Shown here piece by piece: positions 59,601 to 64,000 of a stretch of DNA of 64,000 nt. Location of the stretch: positions 2,400,001-2,464,000 of the forward strand of contig OY729426.1 in assembly GCA_963422365.1 (NCBI GenBank). Direction: 5' to 3'. The notes under the pieces were generated by a model, which was not told where the DNA came from, searched no databases, and saw only the letters and a list, made by a program, of their open reading frames with translations. The stretch's first letter is position 1, and every line of letters begins with the position of its first letter. This DNA comes from Nitrospirales bacterium. Its GTDB lineage: Bacteria > Nitrospirota > Nitrospiria > Nitrospirales > UBA8639. The position numbers and the translations under genes are program-made.

Positions 59601-61619
59601 GCTGGACCTCACAACAAGTGATGCACTGCCGCCAATGCTCAGCGATTCGCCTACTGTGATAGCGGACGCCACAATCGAACTGCCGGCCTGGCCGGTACCG
59701 GTCGGGCCTGTGGTCGCTGTGCCGATGATGATGGACCCGGAAGTGACAAACCTCCCTATTTCCGCATTGCTGAGATTGCCAGCCCCAGCAGAAATTGTCA
59801 TCAGGACGGATTGGGACGGCGCCACATGTATGTCTCCCGTTCCGGCGTCTATGCTACTGGCGAGGTCAATCGCGAACCCGGCGCCAATCAGCGTGACGTC
59901 GCCGTTGTTGGAGGTAATGGAACCACTGCTGCCAATCGTCAGTGTTCCGATGCCGTCGTTATTACCTGACCTCGGCGAGTCCGCTTCAAATATAAAATTG
60001 TGTGCGCCGTTGGTGCCGGTAATGGCAGCATTGATTGTCAGATGACGCCCTGCCTGCAGGCTCAGGGTGCTGCTTGAACTACCGCTCCTGTCGATAGGAG
60101 AACTGACTGTCATGTCCCGCTGCGCTTGAAGGGTGACATCTCCATCGATGGCTTCGAATGCCACAGGCTGAATGTTATAATCGTTGCTATCGGAGCCGAA
60201 ACTGATCTCGCCGTCGGCGGACACCTCATTGTTATTGGTTCCATCCCCATCGGAAATGGTGATATCCCTCGGGTCCAGGAGCAACTCGCCGGCTGAGCCG
60301 CCTGGCGCACGCAGATCGACCGCGGCTGCGGCAAATTGCAGATGACGCTTGCCCGATACTTCCGCAAAACCGCCATCGCCGGAATGGGTGCCACCGCGAG
60401 CGGAAATGCTCCCCAAAAAGCGAGTTACCCGTTCCGACCAAACGATGACTTTGCCCCCGTTGCCGGTGCCGGTGGCGTCGGCCCGGATTGTCACGTCGCC
60501 GCCAACCGTGGCGTATTCGGCGTTGCGCTCCGGTCCCTTGCCCTGGAAATTGCCGCCAATCAGGGTCGTGCCGCCGCCAGAATGCCCGGACGCATCGATC
60601 TTGGCCTGCTCAACGACGCCGACTTTCTCGCCCAGCACTTTCACGCTGCCACCGGTCTCACCTCGCCCCTTGCCGGAAGCGTCCAGCTTGCCGGCGACCC
60701 GGACGATGCCCTCGCCATTGCCCAGCAGTTGAATGTGGCCGTTGCGCATTCCCACTGAGCGCGCTTCGACGATGCCGTCCATGTTGATGACGCGGTCAAC
60801 CACGTCCTTCGCCGCACTGGCTGCCAGCCACACGGCTCCGCCGTCGGCATTGATCGTGCCGCTGTTGTCAACCAGCGCTGCCAGAGGGGCTCCATCGGGG
60901 GCCGTCAGGCGCTCGGCCACGCGGTCATCAACCCTGAGCCGGATCAAGCTGTCGCCGTGGAGATCAAACGTGAAGGCATTGCCCGAAGCCAGCGCAACAC
61001 GACCGAGCCGGGCGCGAATCACCCCGCTGTTCTCGACGCCGGGTGCCACCAGCGCTACCAAGCCGCCTTCGGCTGCGGTGATCCTGCCGCGGTTGACGAC
61101 CGTCCCGCCAGGATTATGGTTGATAGCAAAGTTGAAACGACCGGCCATGAAGTCTTCATTGCGGATATCGATCGTTGTCGCGACCAGGCCGGCGACGTCC
61201 ACCACGGCGGTTTTGCCGAACAGGATGCCATTCGGGTTGAGCAGCATGACCCGGCCGTTGGCGGTCAGCTTCCCGAGAAGATTGGAGTACGAATCGCCCC
61301 TGACCCGGTTCAGCGTCATCGAAGAAGCGGACGGCTGCCGAAAGTGGGTATGCTCGTCCACGTCAATCGAGAACGAACGCCAATCGATGACGGCGTTGGC
61401 GGAGCGCTGGTTGATATCAAGACGATTGGGCGTGGACTGTACGATGTCAGCCCCGCCGGCAATCACCTTGCCGTCCTTCGGCATTGCCTGCACCAGCCCG
61501 CCGGCCGTCAGCACCCCGCAAGACAGGGCCAACAGCAGTACGAGAAATGTCAATCGCCGACCAGAGATTCCATGATGGGCCTCGCTGATTCGCTCCGCAA
61601 CATTAGGGAAAGCCGTCAT
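47640..61619 (-). CDS. Giant filamentous-haemagglutinin-like TpsA exoprotein (4659 aa)
   Basis: Signal peptide; TPS domain (IDWRSFSI, LNRV, LNPNGILFG); GGFAEVSG, LLLDP; about 35 ~101-aa repeats. Confidence 0.93.
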   Translation of the reverse strand: MTAFPNVAERISEAHHGISGRRLTFLVLLLALSCGVLTAGGLVQAMPKDGKVIAGGADIVQSTPNRLDINQRSANAVIDWRSFSIDVDEHTHFRQPSASSMTLNRVRGDSYSNLLGKLTANGRVMLLNPNGILFGKTAVVDVAGLVATTIDIRNEDFMAGRFNFAINHNPGGTVVNRGRITAAEGGLVALVAPGVENSGVIRARLGRVALASGNAFTFDLHGDSLIRLRVDDRVAERLTAPDGAPLAALVDNSGTINADGGAVWLAASAAKDVVDRVINMDGIVEARSVGMRNGHIQLLGNGEGIVRVAGKLDASGKGRGETGGSVKVLGEKVGVVEQAKIDASGHSGGGTTLIGGNFQGKGPERNAEYATVGGDVTIRADATGTGNGGKVIVWSERVTRFLGSISARGGTHSGDGGFAEVSGKRHLQFAAAAVDLRAPGGSAGELLLDPRDITISDGDGTNNNEVSADGEISFGSDSNDYNIQPVAFEAIDGDVTLQAQRDMTVSSPIDRSGSSSSTLSLQAGRHLTINAAITGTNGAHNFIFEADSPRSGNNDGIGTLTIGSSGSITSNNGDVTLIGAGFAIDLASSIDAGTGDIHVAPSQSVLMTISAGAGNLSNAEIGRFVTSGSIIIGTATTGPTGTGQAGSSIVASAITVGESLSIGGSASLVVRSSGTITLAADIRTNDGNITFTGPVTLTGDVTVNSDANADGTAGAIRFTSTIDGGQALSLDADTGAIQLVGAVGGTTAVASLTVTGGAVSLRAVTATGNIDVTGGTIIRLVGEYQSNDGDVTFTGPVTLAGAVRVDSDANADGTAGAIRFTLTINSKKTSSGQDLDLDAGSGAITLGGAVGGRTPVTSFTVTTSGAVSLAAVTATGNIHVTGGTIRLAGAYRSDDGHVTFTGPVTLGWAVTVNSDADDDSTDGDIQFTSTIDGGQALEVDSGSGTTTLGGAVGGTTPVASLTVSGVEVLMAGVRATGKIDVKGGTGRLAGAYRSDDGNITFAVGTVALTGDVTVDSDADNDGTDGAIRFASTINGGYALTLDADTGVIRLAAAVGGRTPVASLTVTAGSVSLAAVRATGAVAVTTGGTIRLAGAYRSDDGNITFTGSVVLTGAVTVNSDADNDGRDGNIAFSLNINGWYALTLDADTGAIRLVRAVGGGTMVKSLTVVTSGTVSLAAVKATGAVAVTGGTIRLDGQYQSNDGNITFTGPVTLAGAVRVDSDADDDSTDGAIAFTSTIDGGYALSLDADTGVIRLAGAVGGRTPVASLKVRSGAVVVLPAVTATGAVAVTARGITLAGAYRSNDGNITFTGPVTLAGDVTVNSDQNNSGTDGAIRFTSTINGGQALSLDADTGAIRLVGAVGGTTAVASLTVTGGAVELAAVTATGAVAVTGTTRITLAADIATSDGNITFTGPVTLANFVWVDSNADNDDTAGAIEFTSTIDGGQVLGLDAETGAITLAGTVGGTTRVTSLKVRGGAVSLAAVTATGDIEVTARGLTLAGNVLSNDGHITFTGPVTLAGAVTVNSDADDDGTDGAIRFTSTIDGGYALSLDADTGAITLAGTVGGATAVTSLTVTGGAVSLATVLATGNMAVTGTGLTLAGNVFSSDGNITFTGPVTLARGVRVNSDADGAGTDGAIAFTSTIDGGYALSLDADTGAITLAGAVGGTTAVASLTVTGGAVSLAAVTATGDIDVTGTGIRLAGAYRSDDGHVTFTGPVTLTGAVTVDSDANDDSTDGAIEFTSTINGGQALSLDADTGAITLVGAVGGTTAVASLTVAGGAVSLAAVTATGAVAVTGTGLTLAGEYRSDDGNMTFTGPVTLTGAVTVDSDADDDSTDGAIRFTSTIDGGQALVLDADTGTITLAGVGGSTPVASLTVTTSGAVALLAVTATGDIDVTARGITLAGNVLSSDGNITFTGPVTLTGAVTVNSDADDDGTDGVIRFTSTINGGQALTLDADTGAIRLVGAVGGSTAVASLTVTGGAVSLAAVTATGAVAVTGTGLRLAGAYRSDDGNMIFTGPVTLAGAVTVNSDADDDGTDGAIRFTSTIDGGQALSLDADTGAITLVGAVGGRTAVASLTVVTSGAVSLAAVTATGDVAVTGTGLRLAGAYRSDDGKVTFTGPVTLAGAVTVNSDADDDSTDGVRFTSTIDGGYALSLDADTDAITLVGAVGGTTPVASLTVTGGAVSLAAVTATGAVDVRGIAGITLAGAVEVTSLTVATRRAVSLAAVTATGAVAVTGTGITLAGNVLSNDGHVTFTGPVTLAGAVTVNSDANDDGTDGAIRFTSTIDGGYALSLDADTGAITLVGAVGGRTAVASLTVATRGAVALAGVRATGAVAVTGTGLTLAGAYRSDDGNMTFTGPVTLAGAVRVDSDANGDSTDGAIRFTSTIDGGQALVLDADTGTITLVGAVGGTTAVTSLTVVTAGAVALAGVRATGDIDVRGTGLTLAGVYRSDDGNMIFTGPVTLAGAVRVDSDANDDGTAGVIRFTSTIDGGYALTLDADTGAITLVGAVGGTTAVTSLTVAGGAVSLAAVTATGAVAVTGTGLTLAGAVEVTSLTVTGGAVSLAAVTATGNIAVTGTTSLTLAGVYRSDDGNVIFTGPVTLAGAVRVDSDANDDGTDGVIRFTSTIDGGYALTLDADTGAITLVGAVGGTTAVTSLTVAGGAVSLAAVRATGAVAVTGTGLTLAGVVEVTSLTVTGGAVSLAAVTATGNIAVTGTTRITLAGAYRSDDGNVTFTGPVTLAGAVTVNSDADDDGTDGVIRFTSTIDGGQALSLDADTGAITLVGAVGGATAVTSLTVTGGAVSLAAVTATGNIAVTATGLTLAGNVLSSDGHVIFTGPVTLAGAVTVNSDANDDSTDGDIRFTSTIDGGYALTLAAGSGTITLAGAVGGTTTVTSLTVTGGAVSLAAVTVTGAVAVTGTGLTLAGNVLSNDGNVIFTGPVTLAGAVTVNSDANDDGTDGVIRFTSTIDGGYALSLDADTGAIRLVGAVGGSTAVASLTVTTSGAVALAAVTATGAVAVTGMGLTLAGNVLSSDGHITFTGPVTLAGAVTVNSDADYDGTDGAIEFTSTIDGGYALSLDADTGAIRLAGVVGGSTAVASLTVMTSGAVALPAVTATGAVAVRGTGLTLAGNVLSSDGHITFTGPVTLAGAVTVNSDADGDGTAGAIEFTSTIDGGYALSLDADTGAITLAGAVGGTTPVASLTVRGGAVALAAVTATGDIDVTATGLTLAGNVLSNDGNVTFTGPVTLANFVWVNSDADADGTGGDIEFTSTIDGGQVLELDADTGAITLVGAVGGTTAVTSLTVTGGAVALVGVTATGAVAVTGTGLTLAGVYRSDDGNVTFTGPVTLAGAVTVDSDANADGTDGGIEFTSTIDGGYALTLDADTGAITLAGAVGGTTAVASLTVTTSGAVVALPAVTATGDIDVTGTGLTLAGAYRSDDGHVTFTGPVTLADFVWVNSDANTDGTDGDIEFTSTIDGGYALGLDADTGAITLAGAVGGTTPVASLTVRGGAVALAAVTATGDMAVTGTTGLTLAGVYRSDDGNVTFTGPVTLAGAVTVNSDANADGTAGAIRFTSTIDGGQALSLDADTGAIQLVGAVGGTTAVASLTVTGGAVALAAVTATGDMDVTGTGLTLAGAYRSDDGDVTFTGPVTLAGAVTVNSDANGDGTAGAIEFTSTIDGGQALSLDADTGAITLAGAVGGTTAVTSLTVTGGAVALAAVTATGDIDVTGTGLTLAGAYRSDDGNVTFTGPVTLAGAVTVNSDANADGTDGDIRFTSTIDGGYALSLDADTGTIHFEGDVGSTAKLGAMTITKAHDVTVGTSMRVTSFQQLAGTGTSDFGFSTLYSDTFVNVSTKDIKGRIIAKDVTLKSSNHIGVTVEVDSLTIEAKSVDIKGTVGGEAGTGNMVVTATTGITLAGEYSSDDGTITFTGPVTLAGDVTVNSDADGDGTAGDIEFTSTIDGGYALTLDADTGAITLAGAVGGTTAVASLTVAGGAVALAAVTATGDIDVTGTGLTLAGVYRSDDGNMIFTGPVTLAGDVTVNSDANGDGTDGAIEFTSTIDGGQALVLDADTGAITLAGAVGGTTPVASLTVAGGAVLLAAVTATGAVDVRGIAGLTLAGAVKVTSLTVRGGAVALAAVTATGDIDVTGTGLTLAGAYRSNDGDVTFTGPVTLAGAVTVNSDANGDGTDGAIRFTSTIDGGQALVLDADTGAITLVGAVGGTTAVASLTVAGGAVALAAVTATGDMDVTGTTGLTLAGVYRSDDGNVTFTGPVTLAGAVTVNSDANADSTAGAIRFTSTIDGGQALSLDADTGAITLVGAVGGTTAVTSLTVTGGAVALAAVTATGDMDVTGTTGLTLAGAYRSDDGHVTFTGPVTLAGAVTVNSDANADGTDGDIRFTSTIDGGYALSLDADTGTIHFEGDVGSTAKLGAMTITKAHDVTVGTSMRVTSFQQLAGTGTSDFGFSTLYSDTFVNVSTKDIKGRIIAKDVTLKSSNHIGVTVEVDSLTIEAKSVDIKGTVGGEAGQGAASKTIIRNKVPGMYKLNDFTSLGIGPEIRQYAELAALPLPNTTWRWGGAPGDVVFLPFSPILRASVMGAMDRSYPVNVFEMPFALLKPQTGMESIYDTLPGGMRDVWRHLGTDAMMNTHGGNDEDHYKR
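48370..59580 (-). repeat. Intragenic tandem array of about 35 x ~303-bp units
   Basis: 35 DGx(I/V/M)xF(TGPVTL) starts counted in the translation; GC-rich recurring AACGTCACCGGGCCGGTGAAG. Confidence 0.92.
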
Positions 61620-61639
61620 AGACCAATCTCCCTCTTCAG

Positions 61640-63395
<1,756 letters not shown>

Positions 63396-63453
63396 ACCCA
63401 GTTGTGTCTTATTGGAAGGCTTCCGCCCGTGTACACCATGTCCACCTTACAAT

Positions 63454-63487
63454 AGTTTAGGGGGGGGGGGTACTCAGGATATGTCAA
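63454..63487 (-). promoter_or_regulatory. tpsB promoter TTGACA-(11 nt + C11)-TAAACT with a homopolymer in the spacer
   Basis: Perfect -35 at 63482..63487; -10-like TAAACT at 63454..63459; 22-nt spacer. Confidence 0.65.
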
Positions 63488-63502
63488 GTGTTCACTCATA
63501 AT

Positions 63503-63646
63503 TCAAACCCGCGCGCTTGTACGTCTCCCCCCATATGGGACGGCCAAGATCGCCAACACGGCCTCAGATCCACCAGGGAGAAGAGTCGAAGCAAGAAAGG
63601 CACTCAGAAACAAGACCCACAGGCCTGAACCGTCAATCGTCGTCAC
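63503..63646 (-). pseudogene. Truncated duplicate of the yqaA 5' end (36 codons, then unrelated tail VPYGGRRTSARV*)
   Basis: Identical to 46595..46703 up to the breakpoint at 63538. Confidence 0.85.
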
Positions 63647-64000
63647 ACCCTGTCATCATAGGATTGTACAAAAGCCTGTGGATGACAAGAGAGTCAGGGT
63701 GAGTAGCCCGTTCATTGCGCCCAAAAAAAGGCACTAGGACGAGGATCTCGCCATCGTCACAGAACTCGCTAAACGCTCCACCAGCCTGGGAGTGCGCCTT
63801 GGCTTCTTGAAGACTTTTTGAGAATCATTCGAGACATCCCATCGCGCGAGTAGTGTCAATACAACCTAAAACAAGCCTTTTTCGATCCTGAAAATATCCG
63901 GATCCTTGGTATTTTCAATATAGGAGAGCCATAGTGAAACAACCCGGTCCTGCGATTCGTCATTCTCGTCTCCTTCTCCCTCTGCGGCAGGCACCTTTCT
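63538..64000. repeat. Direct repeat copy B (matches 46595..47057), runs off the window
   Basis: Near-identical, with several substitutions and indels in the intergenic part. Confidence 0.95.
63866..64000 (-). CDS. 3' end of a second copy of the TPS accessory gene (partial)
   Basis: Encodes ...LWLSYIENTKDPDIFRIEKGLF*, as in 46923..47621. Confidence 0.85.
   Translation of the reverse strand, partial: RKVPAAEGEGDENDESQDRVVSLWLSYIENTKDPDIFRIEKGLF

Noticed and set aside
48214..60045. Very long plus-strand ORFs (593, 788, 2127 and 352 aa)
   Set aside because: Antisense shadows of the GC-rich, codon-biased tpsA repeats; no RBS or independent domain signal

Overview
Bacterial chromosomal window whose gene content and synteny point to a Nitrospirales (Nitrospira-like) nitrite oxidiser; the taxon is inferred from protein families only. 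1-26 kb is a mostly minus-strand respiratory/copper region: two cytochrome bd-like subunit I paralogues, two unannotated micro-proteins, two FGE/SUMF1-fold proteins, three secreted proteins with amicyanin-like Cu motifs, a ~1700-aa MnxG-type multicopper oxidase carrying an inserted LysM domain, and a nitrosocyanin-like cupredoxin. 28-46 kb holds housekeeping genes (gltBD, ispB, queF, DegT-family, Nudix), a six-gene putative phosphonolipid operon with no pepM in the window, and two frameshifted genes. 46.6-64 kb is a two-partner secretion cassette (tpsB, a 4659-aa repeat adhesin tpsA, an accessory gene). The cassette has two poly-C tracts, one between the promoter -35/-10 boxes and one just after the TpsB signal peptide, and both read as OFF in this sequence. 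A diverged second copy of its left flank begins 16,943 bp downstream at the window edge. The best candidate for an undescribed system is this tandemly amplified, doubly phase-variable giant-adhesin array. No rRNA, tRNA, CRISPR array or transposase was recognised.
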